64,000 bases of DNA from Cyanophora paradoxa CCMP329 (GCA_004431415.1 QPMI01000219.1:75187-139186), one strand, 5' to 3'. Positions 1 to 12,426 are shown, numbered from the stretch's first letter. Numbers and translations: made by a program. Notes: generated by a model not told the origin, from the letters alone.

Positions 1-3000
1 AGCGGTGGGCAGGCTGGGGCATTCGATCAGGTAGTGGCGCAGCGTCTCCTTGGGTTTGGCCTCGCTCGCGGCGCACCGCAGGCACTCCCCTTCTGACTTC
101 CCCTCGTATAGGTCCGGGCGGTCGTGCAGGCGTTTGGGCATCAGTGGCAGCCCGTCGATCAGCGCCTTCACGCCGTGCGCCCGCCACTTGTGCCTGTAAC
201 CGCTTATCTTGCGGTGCCAGTACTTGACGCTCAGCAGCTCGAGCGCTTGCTTGGGGCTTCCGAGCGCGTCCCGCAGGGCTTCGCCCGTCCGTCTCAGTTG
301 AGTCCACTTGACGAAGCTCCGCACCGCGTGTTGCATTCTGATGTATCTGCAGGGGTCGATCTCAACCCGCTCGCCCTGGTGGATGAGCTCGAAGCCCGTG
401 GACTCGGGGGGTACGAGTACGTCGGCCCGGTACGTCATGTGCTCGCCGGTGGTGGGGTTGATGAGGGGCATGTTCGCTGCTGCCTTCGCGCGCAGGTCGA
501 CTTCCTTGTGGATCTCGTCGTTGGGGTCGTGGCCCGGCACCCACACTACTTCCACTCCTGCGTCCTCCCGCCTTCCTGCCCCGCGGAGCTCCATCACCGC
601 GCGCCACAGCCGGTACTCTGCTTTGTAGCTATCCCGTGTGTCTTTGCGCGCTGACTTCCGCCTGTAGTATCGCACCCGGGTGGCGAAGTTCCGTACGACG
701 GAGAGGTTGTCACAGTGTACCCTCACCATCTTGTTGAGCGGTGCGATCAGCGTCGCGAGTATGGCCCAGTGTAGCTCGGCTTTATAATTGGACAGCTGCC
801 CTCGCAGCCTCCCACCGTACTGCATGTGCGGTTCCTGGGGGTCGTATACGGCGTACCCCGCTCTCGCCTTACCGGCCTTGCCCAGGTCGAAGGTGGATCC
901 GTTGGAGTTGATTTGGTACTCCTCCTGTCCTTCGCGTTCGGCGATCCGGGTCTGCATCCCTTCTGTACCCGCTTCCAGGATGGCTTCCTTACGCATCTCG
1001 TAGATCTGCCATATCGTCGCTCCCAGCAGCGCTTCGGGGCCCGCTTCCTCCTCTTCGTCTCCGGCCTCGGCGGGATCCTCCGGCTTGGGGGCGGCCGCTG
1101 TCTGCTCCCGAGTGTTGTTCTCTTCCGTCCCTCTCTCTCGCTTGGCGGTCGGCTGTACCCGTCTCCGTTTGCTTTGCTTCTGCACCCGTTTCCCTTCCTT
1201 GACTGGGGCTGCGCGGGCTCGCAGTTGGTACCGGCTTCTCCCTGCAGCCTGCACCTGCGGCGGGTCTACGTCGTCGGGCCTTGGTGGGCCTCCGGGGTCC
1301 TCGCTCATGTCCGATTTGCGATCTGATTCTACCGCCTCCATCCCGCCCGTCCTCCAGGCGTTCAGCTCCTCAGTCTCGGGGGGCAGGCGCACCCGCGGCG
1401 GCCGCTCCTCGTCTCTGTCGGTTTCCGTCTGACGTTCGTACCGGACGCCCCACAGTGGGAAGAGCGCCTTTACTCTCTCATCGTACTCGCAGTTCTCGGT
1501 GTCAAAGTTCATGCTGCGTACTTCGGGGTCCGCCGGGTCCGCTTCCCTCGCCCAGCAGCACGTTCCGTCGCACTTTTCCCAGATCGTGTTTGCCTGACTG
1601 TTCTTGTCGCGGGGTACGTAGTGCGCGATGCGCGCAACTTGCGTTCCGTTCGAGTCCATCCTCGTGCTCATTACTAGCGCGAGTTCTTCGTTTCCTGGTA
1701 TGTCGTTGGCTACCAGGGCGAAGGTGCCAGGTCGGATGTCATGTCCCTTAGCGAAGACTGACTGCGTAGCGGCCGCTCGCAGGCTTTGTTTGAGTTCCGT
1801 GCCCCCCTCCTTGCAGAGGTGCGTTCGGAGGAGCCTGTACCATTCTGGTTCGCTCCACGCTCGTGATCTTGCCTTTTCCCAGGTCTTCCAGGGCTGGAGG
1901 TGGGTCCCATTCGGCGCCCTCACCTGCGCTACTTGGAGGAGTCCCGCTCCATTAAGTGGGGAGCCATCTTCGCGTAGTCGCGCGACGGGACGTGGCTCTG
2001 AATCGTGTCCGCCGGTGCGGCCGGGGCGAGATCCGGGTGGGTGGTCTTGATCGTGTACCCCGCGCGCCCGCCACGTGTATCGTGTGCGCCATCAGGTGCT
2101 CTTTCTGAAGGTACCGGGCCAGCTCCGTCTGCTCCAGCGGATTCAGGTTGGTTCCCATTGCCTCTTTGAGGGCCAGTAGCCGCTCCATGCGTACCTTCCC
2201 CACTAAGCTGTTCGTGTCGCGCAGCTGCGCCAGCAGCGTCGTCAGCTGTTCTTCGAGCTGCAGCGCGCGAAGGTTGAACAGGCCGTAGGGCGCCGGCGAC
2301 GTCATCATATCGTTTGGTACGCTTTTGCTCAGCTCCGCGTGGTGTTTAACTACCGACCGCCAGGTGCGCTCCAGCTCGTCGACGTCTGCATCGCTGAGCT
2401 TCGCCATCTTCACCGCGTAGCGTAGGAATCCCTGCACCAGCGTGTTCACCAGGTACACGCTCTCCTCCTCGTACACTGTCTTTGTTCTGAGCACGGCCTC
2501 GGTCGCTCGCAGCTTCTCCTTCATGTAGTCGATCTGGGGTCGGCTGTCGAGGTCGACTGTCATGAACACGCCGAGAACCTTGAGCGGGTCGTTCTCGCTC
2601 ATTGTTCGTTTGATCTGCTTCCCTTCCTTGCCGATCTCCGGTGCGTTCATCGTGGGCCCGTATTTCGGGCTCGACTTCGAGTTGCGTGTCACGTATCGCG
2701 TTTTCTCGGCGCTGATCTCGATATCGTGCATATCGCAGAAATCGCTGGCGAGGCGGGCCCTCTCCACGATTCCCTCGCGGCTCTTGGCAATCCAGTGCGT
2801 GTCGTCTGCGAAGGCCGTGTGCGTCACCTTCGCGATTCCTTGGTTCATCTCGTACGGCCCGAGCGTTCCCCCCATCTTGTTCGCCACGAAGTCCTGAGCG
2901 TGCAGCAGGGGGTCGTAGAAGATGAGCCAGTGAAGTGGCGCCTCAACTGCACCCTGGGCGAGCCCCACTTCCCTCCTGAATTCCTCCGTCGTTCCGTGCA

Positions 3001-6000
3001 CCGTTCGTATCTTCGTGCGGTTGTTCATGTGCGAGAACCGGTGCAGCTCTATATATTCCTCGGGTATGTTCAGCCTGCGGAATGCGAGCTCCATGCTCTC
3101 CCAGCTGACCGTGTCGTAGGCCCGACGGATGTCCTGGAGGATGACGTACAGCTCCTTGTCGTACTGGTGCGCGTCCTCTAGGATTCCCTGCAGGATAAAG
3201 AGGGGGTCCTCCGTCGTTTTTCCTTTCAGGAAGCCCGAGTTCTGGCCCTTGAGCGCGCCTTGCTTCACGAGCATGTCCTAGAGGCGGTCCGCCAGTATCC
3301 CCTTCATGAGCTTGTCCCCCACCTCAAGCAACGTGATGGGCCGTACGTTCGTCAGTTTTCCGTCCCACGTTGGGATCTTGCTGATTCCGACCGTTGTCGC
3401 CTTGTTCCACGAGTCGGGCGTCCTCCTCAGGCGGACTGCGTCGCAGATGATGAGGTAGAGCAGCTCGTTAGGGGCGCTCTCCCCCGGCCAGCTCTTGATC
3501 TGCGAGTTCTGCAGGTTCGAGTCTCCGGGGGCCGTCGGCTTCAGCGTTCGCCTTTTCTCGTTGTACTCTGCCCATCGCGGCGCGTCCATCGCTCCCTCGT
3601 ATTTCAGGTGGGTCTTGGTCTTGTACATGTGCTTCCATAGTCGCTTCTCTTTGAGGGTTTGGTCGATCTTCGGATCCCGCTTTCCCCAGTACTCTTCGAA
3701 GTACTCTTTTAGGCGTCCGCGCACTGACGGGGCATCTGCTAGGACTTGTGGCCTTTTATGGTCGGGTACTTCTTCGACAAGCGTTTCGAAGGGCACGATC
3801 CCCGTGCTTTTGCCCATCGTCGCCTGCCAGTACCTGCCAGGGTCCGTCTTGAACCACTCCCTCGTCTTGTCCCGGTACTCCGCGCGCTTCTTCGTCTTCA
3901 GCTTTTTGTACTCCTTCGGGATTTCCCGGCGCAGTCGGTTGATGGCCGCCCCGAGCGCTTCGTGCCAGTACTGCCATTCTGCCATCGGTGCGCGGGGTTG
4001 GGGGAGGGGGCCGGCCGGGAGGCTTGTGCTGACCGCTTGCAGGCGCGCGAGTCGGACCTCTGGCTGCAGCCGGTGCCAGGCCCGTCTCAGCTTTCGCATC
4101 TTTAGGCTCATGTTGTGCCGTCGCGCGATCGTGGGGGGCTTGTCCGGGTCGCGCGCGCTGAAGATTTCCGCGCAGCCTACTTCCACCGCCGCCCGGCCTG
4201 TCTCCTCGGCCAGTTCTTTGTACGCTTCGTCCGCCGCTTTGATTAGCTTCTGTTTCGCGGCTTCTGATAAGGCCCTCCACTCCTCTTCGCTCTTCGGCCT
4301 CTCAATCTTTTTGCATTTGTCTAATACGGGCTTCAGGTACTCCTCTAGGATCCCGTAGTACTCCGCCCTCGCCTCCTTCTTCGCTTCCCCTGGTCCGTAC
4401 AGCGATTTGAAGTTGTACCTGGGTGGCCGGTCTTTGTGTTTGATCGCGCCCGGCCCGAACATGCGCAGGTTGGCGGTCAGGTCGATGTCCGCCATCATCG
4501 GCAGGTGATCCGATTCCATGTACTCGTTGGCTCGCTCGACTTCGATGCCCGCCCGCAGCCCGTCTGTGGCCGCCGGCCCGTTCAGCAGGATCACGTCAAT
4601 TCTGCTTCCCGTTTCGATCTCGTCCGGCACGCCCTCCGTCGAGCCCCGGATGTACGTCACTTCCTTCGCGTTCGGCTGCGCGACCCGGTAGGTGTCTTTC
4701 CACCCCCATTCCTCGACTCTGGCCCAGAGGTCTTCTGCGTAGTGATCGGCTCCCGCCGGCGTTGCCCACCTTCCCGCGCTGATTCTGTCCTTCGTCCTTT
4801 CCGCGACCGAGTTCAGGTCGCCCATCACGATGAGCGGCTGGGGGTAGGGGTCAAGATCGACCTGCTCGTCCAGCTCCTGCAGTGTCTTCATGATCTGTTC
4901 GTAATCTGCTTTCGTTTGCGCGTTCTCGTTCTTATCCGGCGGCACGTACACCGAGACCAGATGCACTTGTCTGAAGTTCGGGAGCTCGAGCTTGACGGCT
5001 ACCAGGCGACCCGGGATGCGGTGCGTGACCTTTGCGTAGGGGTGCCAGCGCCTCGAGATCCATAGCAGGGCTCCTTTCTTATGTCTCGCGCCTTCCTTAT
5101 CCGCCGGGGGGCCGGACGTGAAGTAGGGCCCGATCCCCTTCTCGTCCCCCGCGTTCAGCATCTTTTCCCACTGATTTGGCCTGCCCCCGCGCAGGCAGGG
5201 TAGGTTGATCTCCTGGAGGGCTACTGCGTCGAGTCCGTACGCCTCGGCCATGCGGGGGAGGGCGCTGCGCTTCGCGTCCGTGAACGAGCAGACGTTCCTG
5301 GTGAGCAGCCGGAGGCGTCCCTGTAGCGCTTTCGCCGCCTCCTGACCGTTGAGCTGTACCTTGATCCTTGCTGCCCCGCCCAGGAAAGATGCCACCAGTC
5401 CCGTCGCGAGGCTCGGGAAGACCGTACCTTTGGCTAGTCCCTGCGCTGCTGCGGTTCCCTGCACCATTGCCAGTAGGATCGCTAGTACTAGCGCTAGTTC
5501 AGTTAAGTTCAGCGGTTTTACATGCATCGCCCTCTGTGGTGTCGTCTGGCTAGCTACTTCTCGGGGCTTGCTCGTGTTCTTGCACGTTCCGCTTGTCACT
5601 CTGTCCGCTGCAAGGGCGCTGTTCCCTTGCGTTCCCCCTGTCAGGAGCAGGAGGGCGAGTCGGAGGGCACTGCTGGCTCGCCGGGCCTGTCGGGTTTCCT
5701 GTCCCTTTCTCTTTGCTATCTGTCTTCTTGTTCTAGCCCTCTCCCCGTCGTGATTCTCGCCCCTGTTCTTAGTGTCCTCTCCATTTGCAGCGCTGCAGGC
5801 GGCAATGATAGCTGTTATCGTATTTACAGTCATGCTAGAGAGACCTTGGAGTTCGGCTATGTACATTATTAGGATTATTCCGAGCAGATTTATTATGCGC
5901 GGCAGGGGCGGGGCGCGGGGGGCTGCTTGTTGGAGCGCCTTGAGAGCCGTTCCCGCCGCTGTCCAGCGCCAGAGGTTCACTGGCTCCGGGTTCGAGTTCA

Positions 6001-7186
6001 CCATTGCGCTTGAGCTTGTTTGTCTGCGGGCGGGCGGGCGGGGCGATGGGCCGGTCGGGGCAGTGTATTCGTCAGAGAGAGCTCGAGGGTGGGATTTGTG
6101 GACGAGCGAATCTGGATCCGGATCTTGTGTTGGCCACGCAGCTGCGGAACAGCTCGTGCCTGACTCCGCAGCTGCCGAGCAGCTCGGGCCTTCCCTTTCG
6201 CCGCCGAGCGACTCTGGGACGTCTTGTACTGGCCACGCAGCTGCCAAGCAGCTCGTGCCTGACTCCGCAGCTGCCGAGCAGCTCGGGCCTTCCCTTTCGC
6301 CGCCGAGCGGCTCTGGGGCTTCTTGTACTGGCCACGCAGCTGCCAAGCAGCTCGTGCCTGACTCCGCAGCTGCCGAGCAGCTCGGGCCTTCCTTTTCGAT
6401 CGTGATAGCGAGGTGGGGCGAGGCGGGCGGGACGGGTGGGGGCGGGATGATGTCGCACATGGTCATGTTGATCATGAAGTGAGCGCGAGGGCCCATGATC
6501 AGATCTGCGCATTCTGCGGCGGGCGGGCTGGCGATGAGCGCAGGGAGGCAGGGCGGGGCGCACAGCGTCTCTGTTGTGTTGGCGCTGGCGTTCGTTGAGG
6601 CCGGGAGCAGCATAACAATCCGGATCAAATCTGCGTTACTGGAGCACAGCAGCGCTTTTGCGGCTAGCGGGCGCGCGCGGGGGTCTAGCGCTTCGGGCAT
6701 CATGGTCTCGTACGGTTTCGTGGCTGTTGAGTGGCGTTCGCGGCCGCCTGTCGCAGTCTTCAATCCCGTTCCGTTGCCGAGAGCTGTTTGAACGAGAACT
6801 GCGGTCAGCAGGGTCAGCATTGCGATTCCCATTGGGATGCGTATACAAATCGTCCTTCGTAGTGTCCTTGTCGAGCGAAGTCGGGCTCCCGGTGCTGCGT
6901 CCGTAGCGGGAAGCCGCGAGGCTTCCCGCTGCCGCGGCCTGCCCCGGTGCGGGGGGCAGGCACGCTCGCTCGGCTGGCTGCTGGGGTCCCCGGATGCGTG
7001 TTTGGATCCGGGGCCTGGCCGCTGGCGTGTCGTTCGCTGGCGGCCGTCTTCGCTCGCAGCTCCGTGCGTCTCCGCGGCTTGTCTGGGCGCTCGGGCAGGG
7101 TGTCCCGACGCTTGCTCGCATCTTATGCTGTGGTCCTGTGGGCGTTCTCGCGCTGGCCGCTGTTGTGCGGTGATGATGAAGTACAT
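1..7186 (-). pseudogene. LINE ORF2 polyprotein with one in-frame TAG (3278-3280) and two 1-bp G-run frameshifts (about 2058 and 1945)
   Basis: ORFs 3278..7528 and 1952..3274 are in the same frame across ILADRL*DMLVKQ. Adding one G at each G-run restores a frame homologous to the second LINE (LMERGL..PEWY vs LMECGL..PEWW) that stays open to position 1. Start codon uncertain (MYFII at 7186). Confidence 0.85.
6122..6400. repeat. 99-bp (33-codon) tandem repeat, about 2.8 copies, inside the LINE ORF
   Basis: tggccacgcagctgc recurs at 6131, 6230 and 6329; encodes EGPSCSAAAESGTSCLAAAWPVQ on the minus strand. Confidence 0.95.
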
Positions 7187-7337
7187 GTTGACAAGGTTTG
7201 GGTGCGCGTTGCACGGAGAAGCGGCTGATCGCTTCTTTATGCTTTGGTTTGGTGTTCTAGCGTCTTTCGCAGGCCGGAGAGGCCTGGATTTGCTGTTTCG
7301 GGCGCGCTGTACAAATTTTCCGGGGTACCGGACCGGC

Positions 7338-7459
7338 CCACACTGAACAAGAAGATGGCAGTGCTTGGTTTCAGGACCCAAGATATATATACCAGCACCA
7401 ACTATAATGTTGTAGCGGGGGACACGTTTGTTCAAGAGAGCGGCTCCACTCTGAATAAA
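7338..7459 (+). other. Second partial copy of the capsid-like fragment
   Basis: Near-identical to about 8306-8427 (cacactgaacaagaagatggc...tccactctgaataaa). Confidence 0.85.
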
Positions 7460-7465
7460 AGGATA

Positions 7466-8066
7466 CGAACATGCACAAGGCACTTGCCTTGTGCACCCTG
7501 GCATGTGCACCCTGCACCAGCAAGTCACTCAGTGGAAGGCCCCAGGTTTGGGATCTGCCACAAAATAGAAGAAAGATGCACCCCAAATCTCTCTGGGGGA
7601 ATATGCATGAGGCAAGCCTTCGGCAGATGACCCACCAACCTGCAAGCCACTCAGTCAAAGGCCCCAGGTTTCTGATCCGCCACAAAATTGAAGACAAATG
7701 AACCCCAAATCTCTCCTGGGGAATAGGTTTGAGGTTTCCAGTCACTCAGTCAAAGGCCCCAGGTTTCCAATCTGCCACAAAAAAGAAGAAAGATGCACTC
7801 CAAATGTCTCTGGGGGAATATGCACAAGGTGCTAGCCTTAGGCAGATGACCCACCTCAAAGCAAGTAGCTCAGTCAAAGGGCCCAGGTTTCCTATCTGCC
7901 AGACAAAAGAAGAAAGATGCACCCCAAATCTCTCTGGGGGAATATGCACAAGGCGCTAGCCTTAGGCAGATGACCCACCTAAAAGCAAGTTACTCAGTCA
8001 AAGGCCCCAGGTTTCCGATCTGCCAGAAAAAAAGAGGAAATATGCACCCCAAATCTCTCTGTGGGG
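7466..8066 (+). repeat. Satellite A (about 125-bp unit) block
   Basis: Repeating gatgcaccccaaatctctctgggggaatatgcacaaggcgctagccttaggcagatga..caccagcaagtcactcagtcaaaggccccagg units. Confidence 0.95.
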
Positions 8067-8427
8067 CAATTTTAGGTCAATTCGGATTAGTGCAGGATAT
8101 TACACGAAGGACGATTTGGCAGCTGAAATTACGAAAGTGCTGTCCAGTAAAAACAACAGTGATGACGCCAATGGGTTTGAACTTGGCAACTATGTGAAGT
8201 GCAGGTACAGCAACACTGTAGGTGCATACGAATTTTACAGTAATATTGTGTTCTTCCTGATTTTTTGGTTGAAACCATTGAAGAACACGAACAATAGCCA
8301 GAAGAACACACTGAACAAGAAGATGGCAGTGCTTGGTTTCAGGACCCAAGATATATATACCAGCACCAACTATGACGTTGTAGCGGGGGACACCTTTGTT
8401 CAAGAGAGCGGCTCCACTCTGAATAAA
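8067..8427 (+). pseudogene. AT-rich gene fragment resembling a minor capsid/penton-type protein of Nucleocytoviricota or Polinton-like viruses
   Basis: Open frame IRISAGYYTKDDLAAEITKVL...MAVLGFRTQDIYTS resembles the I.IP.G.Y....L...I...L and LGF....Y motifs of these proteins; no introns, much more AT-rich than host genes. Motif recognition only. Confidence 0.5.
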
Positions 8428-8967
8428 CGACGTGCTTCTGAGCACTCGGGCGGCCCGGGGCCTCCCAACCCCCGCCGCAGCGGACTCCCCGCGCGCGCGC
8501 GCGCCAGCTGGAGGAGGTATCTCTCGGCCGAGGAGCACAGGTCGCCGGCTGCGGCCGGCGATGCTGTGCGCCCGCCGGTTTTCACCCGGGCTCTCACGGG
8601 CTCCGGTTTCCGGCCCTCCCTGGGGTTAGTCGGCTTTGCTCTCTTAGTGCGCTTCTTCCCTGCCAAATTGAGGGCTATAGTTCAGGCTCAGCCGCTTCGA
8701 CCTCATCCTCGCTTATACATCGGTCCTCTCTGTAGGCGCCCTTGTCCTGAGGGGGGTTATAGTAGCTCTGCTCTGCTTCGGCTCTCTAGGCAGGTGTAGG
8801 CAGTGTTTCTAGGCAGGTATAGGCCCCTTTCTCCAGTACAATAGCTCCACCCGGTCCGATGTCCGAAAGGCTTGTTCCCGTAGGCTCATCTCTCGACTTG
8901 ACACAGATGGACACTGCAGTCATATCCCTAGCCATTTGTCTCGGTGTGTGCGAATTCATTTGTTAAG
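8428..8967 (+). mobile_element. 540-bp insertion with 15-bp TSD, probably a 5'-truncated LINE 3' end
   Basis: TCCACTCTGAATAAA at 8413-8427 and 8968-8982; the empty site is present at 7445-7459. The 3' end carries a TTGTC..GTGTGT.CGAAT.CA motif shared with the 3' end of the LINE at about 55153. Confidence 0.85.
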
Positions 8968-8989
8968 TCCACTCTGAATAAAAGGATAC

Positions 8990-9487
8990 GAACATGCACA
9001 AGGCACTTGCCTTGTGCACCCTGGCATGTGCACCCTGCACCAGCAAGTCACTCAGTGGAAGACCCCAGGTTTGGGATCTGCCACAAAATAGAAGAAAGAT
9101 GCACCCCAAATCTCTCTGGGGGAATATGCATGAGGCTAGCCTTAGGCAGATGACCCACCCACCTGCAAGCCACTCAGTCAAAGGCCCCAGATTTCTGATC
9201 CGCCACAAAATTGAAGATTGATGCACCCCAAATCTCTCTGGGGGAATATGCACAAGGCGCTAGCCTAAGGCAGATGAACCCACCCACCAGCAAATCACTC
9301 AGTCAAAGGCCCCAGGTTTCTGATTCGCCACAAAATAGAAGAAAGATGCACCCCAAATCTCTCTGGGGGAATATTTCATGAGGCTAGCCTTAGGCAGATG
9401 ACCCACCCACCTGCAAGCCACTCAGTCAAAGGCCCCAGGTTTCTGATCCGCCACAAAATTGAAGATGGATGCACCCCAAATCTCTAA
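8990..9487 (+). repeat. Satellite A block
   Basis: About 4 units; the first part duplicates 7466-7720. Confidence 0.95.
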
Positions 9488-9489
9488 GA

Positions 9490-12136
9490 GGGACCACAGC
9501 AGAGGCCCTCTAAGAGGTGCTGCCCTTCGAGGTGTGACCCCCACACAGAGTGTGGGGGCTTGAATGTATCCTGGGTTCACTCCTTCTCAGTACTTGTCAG
9601 TTTGAATTCCCGTGGGGCCCACAACAGCAAGGTCAGGTGCACACAAAAACTTTCCAGGGGGAACATGCACAAGGCGCTAGCCTTAGGCAGGTGCACCCTT
9701 CCCAGCAGAGGCCCTGCAATAGGCTCAGCTTTTCGAAGTGGGGCCCCAACACAGTGTTTGGGGGCTTGAATGTTTCCTGGGTTCACTCCTTAGCCCTGGT
9801 CAGTTTGAATTCCTGTTGGGCCCTAAACAGGAAGGTCAGGTGGGCCCACAACAGGAAAGTCAGGTGCACACAAAAACTTTCCAGGGGGAACACGCATAAG
9901 GCGCTATCCTTAGGCAGTCGCACCCTTCCCAGCAGAGGACCTGCAAGAGGCTCGGCTCTTCAAAGTGGGGCCCCCACACAGAGTGTGGGGGCTTGAATGT
10001 TTCCTGGGTTCACTCCTTCTTAGCCCTGGTCAGTTTGAATTCCTGTTGGGCCCTAAACAGGAAGGTCAGGTGGGCCCATAACAGGAAGGTCAGGTGCACA
10101 CAAAACCTTTCCAGGGGGAACGTGCACAAGCGCTAGCCTTAGGCAGGTGCACCCTTCCCAGCAGAGGCCTTTTAAGAGGCTCTGCCCTTCCAAGTGGGAC
10201 CCACCGAGTGTTTGGGGACTTGAATGTTTCCTGGGTACACTCCTTAGCCCTGGTCAGTTTGAATTCCCGTTGGGCCCTAAACAGGAAGGTCAGGTGCACA
10301 CAAAAACTTTCCAGGGGGAACATGCACAAGGCGCTAGCCTTACGCAGGTGCACCCTTCCCAGCAGAGGACCTCCAAGAGGCTTGGCTCTTCAAAGTGGGG
10401 CCCCCACACAGAGTGTGGGGGCTTGAATGTTTCCTGGGTTCACTCCTTCTTAGCCCTGGTCAGTTTGAATTCCTGTTGGGCCCTAAACAGGAAGGTCGGG
10501 TGGGCCCGTAACAGGAAGGTCAGGTGCACACAAAACCTTTCCAGGGGGAACATGCACAAGCGCTAGCCTTACGCAGGTGCACCCTGCCCAGCAGAGGCCC
10601 TCTAAGAGGTGCTGCCCTTCGAGGTGTGACCCCCACACAGAGTGTGGGGGCTTGAATGTATCCTGGGTTCACTCCTTCTCAGTACTTGTCAGTTTGAATT
10701 CCCGTGGGGCCCACAACAGCAAGGTCAGGTGCACACAAAAACTTTCCAGGGGGAACATGCACAAGGCGCTAGCCTTAGGCAGGTGCACCCTTCCCAGCAG
10801 AGGCCCTGCAAGAGGCTCAGCTTTTCGAAGTGGGGCCCCCACACAGTGTTTGGGGGCTTGAATGTTTCCTGGGTTCACTCCTTAGCCCTGGTCAGTTTGA
10901 ATTCCTGTTGGGCCCTAAACAGGAAGGTCAGGTGGGCCCACAACAGGAAAGTCAGGTGCACACAAAAACTTTCCAGGGGGAACACGCATAAGGCGCTATT
11001 CTCAGGCAGTTGCACCCTTCCCAGCAGAGGACCTGCAAGAGGCTTGGCTCTTCAAAGTGGGGCCCCCACACAGAGTGTGGGGGCTTGAGTGTTTCCTGGG
11101 TTCACTCCTTCTTAGCCCTGGTCAGTTTGAATTCCTCTTGGGCCCTAAACAGGAAGGTCGGGTGGGCCCATAACAGGAAGGTCAGGTGCACACAAAACCT
11201 TTCCAGGGGGAACATGCACAAGGCGCTAGCCTTAGGCAGGTGCACCCTTCCCAGCAGAAGCCTTTTAAGAGGCTCTGCCCTTCCAAGTGGGACCCCCACC
11301 GAGTGTTTGGGGACTTGAATGTTTCCAGGGTTCACTCCCTCTTAGCCCTGGTCACTTTGAATTCCCGTTGGGCCCACAAAAGCAAGGTCAGATGCACACA
11401 AAAACTTTCCAGGGGGAACATGCACAAGCGCTAGCCTTACGCAGGTGCACCCTTCCCAGCAGAGGCCTTTTAAGAGGCTCTGCCCTTCCAAGTGGGACCC
11501 ACCGAGTGTTTGGGGACTGGAATGTTTCCTGGGTACACTCCTTAGCCCTGGTCAGTTTGAATTCCCGTTGGGCCCTAAACAGGAAGGTCAGGTGCACACA
11601 AAAACTTTCCAGGGGGAACATGCACAAGGCGCTAGCCTTACGCAGGTGCACCCTTCCCAGCAGAGGACCTCCAAGAGGCTTGGCTCTTCAAAGTGGGGCC
11701 CCCACACAGAGTGTGGGGGCTTGAATGTTTCCTGGGTTCACTCCTTCTTAGCCCTGGTCAGTTTGAATTCCTGTTGGGCCCTAAACAGGAAGGCCGGGTG
11801 GGCCCATAACAGGAAGGTCAGGTGCACACAAAACCTTTCCAGGGGGAACATGCACAAGGCGCTAGCCTTAGGCAGGTGCACCCTGCCCAGCAGAGGCCCT
11901 CTAAGAGGTGCTGCCCTTCGAGGTGTGACCCCCACACAGAGTGTGGGGGCTTGAATGTATCCTGGGTTCACTCCTTCTCAGTACTTGTCAGTTTGAATTC
12001 CCGTTGGGCCCACAACAGCAAGGTCAGGTGCACACAAAAACTTTCCAGGGGGAACATGCACAAGGCGCTAGCCTTAGGCAGGTGCACCCTTCCCAGCAGA
12101 GGCCCTGCAAGAGGCTCAGCTTTTCGAAGTGGGGCC
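9490..12136 (+). repeat. Satellite B (about 205-230-bp unit) array
   Basis: Repeating cagcagaggccc..cttgaatgtttcctgggttcactcc..cagtttgaattcc..caggtgcacacaaaa..ccagggggaacatgcacaaggcgctagccttaggcaggtgcacc; variant units recur at 1092 and about 1298 bp spacing. Confidence 0.95.
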
Positions 12137-12146
12137 GAGACCGCAG

Positions 12147-12426
12147 CGTGCCCACGTACTGTTAGCATTTGCTCCAAAGATGCTAAACCAATAATTGGAA
12201 TGCTCTCCGCGCGCGGCAAAGCACAGCAACCCGATCGGCGCCGAAGATTTGATCCAGCCCAGCCCACTGCGAATTCCGTTAAACGTTGCAATTGCGTCAG
12301 CGCTGACCCCGGGCCCTGTGCCACGACGTGCCTGCGTACTGCTAGCGTATGCTCCAAAGATGTTGAATGAATATTCAGAATATTCGAATTCAGGCACGGG
12401 AACCCGGTCGGCACCAAGATTTGATT
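12147..12426. repeat. Diverged dimer, period about 179 bp
   Basis: cgtgcc..cgtactg.tagc..tgctccaaagatg and aacccg.tcggc.cc.aagatttgat each occur twice. Confidence 0.7.

Larger units (their letters stand above)
1..7337 (-). mobile_element. L1/Tx1-like non-LTR retrotransposon (APE-RT-RNase H-CCHC); 3' end runs off the window
   Basis: Minus-strand translation gives APE motifs (LLTRNV, ALQEI, VYVP, IVMGDLNS, RIDVIL, SDHLP; about 5315-4500), RT motifs (RPITLL, QNSGF, QDIRRAYDTV, GLAQG, AFADD; about 3500-2550), RNase H (INSNGS, KAEL, HCDN, WVPGH, EVD; about 912-488) and RPDLY..CLRC..ETLRHYLIEC near position 1. 5' boundary placed where the duplicated capsid-like fragment begins. Confidence 0.93.

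Noticed and set aside
7187-7528. N-terminal 114 aa of the 1416-aa ORF
   Set aside because: Reads through satellite sequence and the antisense of the capsid-like fragment; not part of the LINE protein.
9490-12136. Many short ORFs in satellites A, B and the 348-bp array
   Set aside because: They are translations of repeats in several frames with frequent stops and indels, and show no protein motifs.
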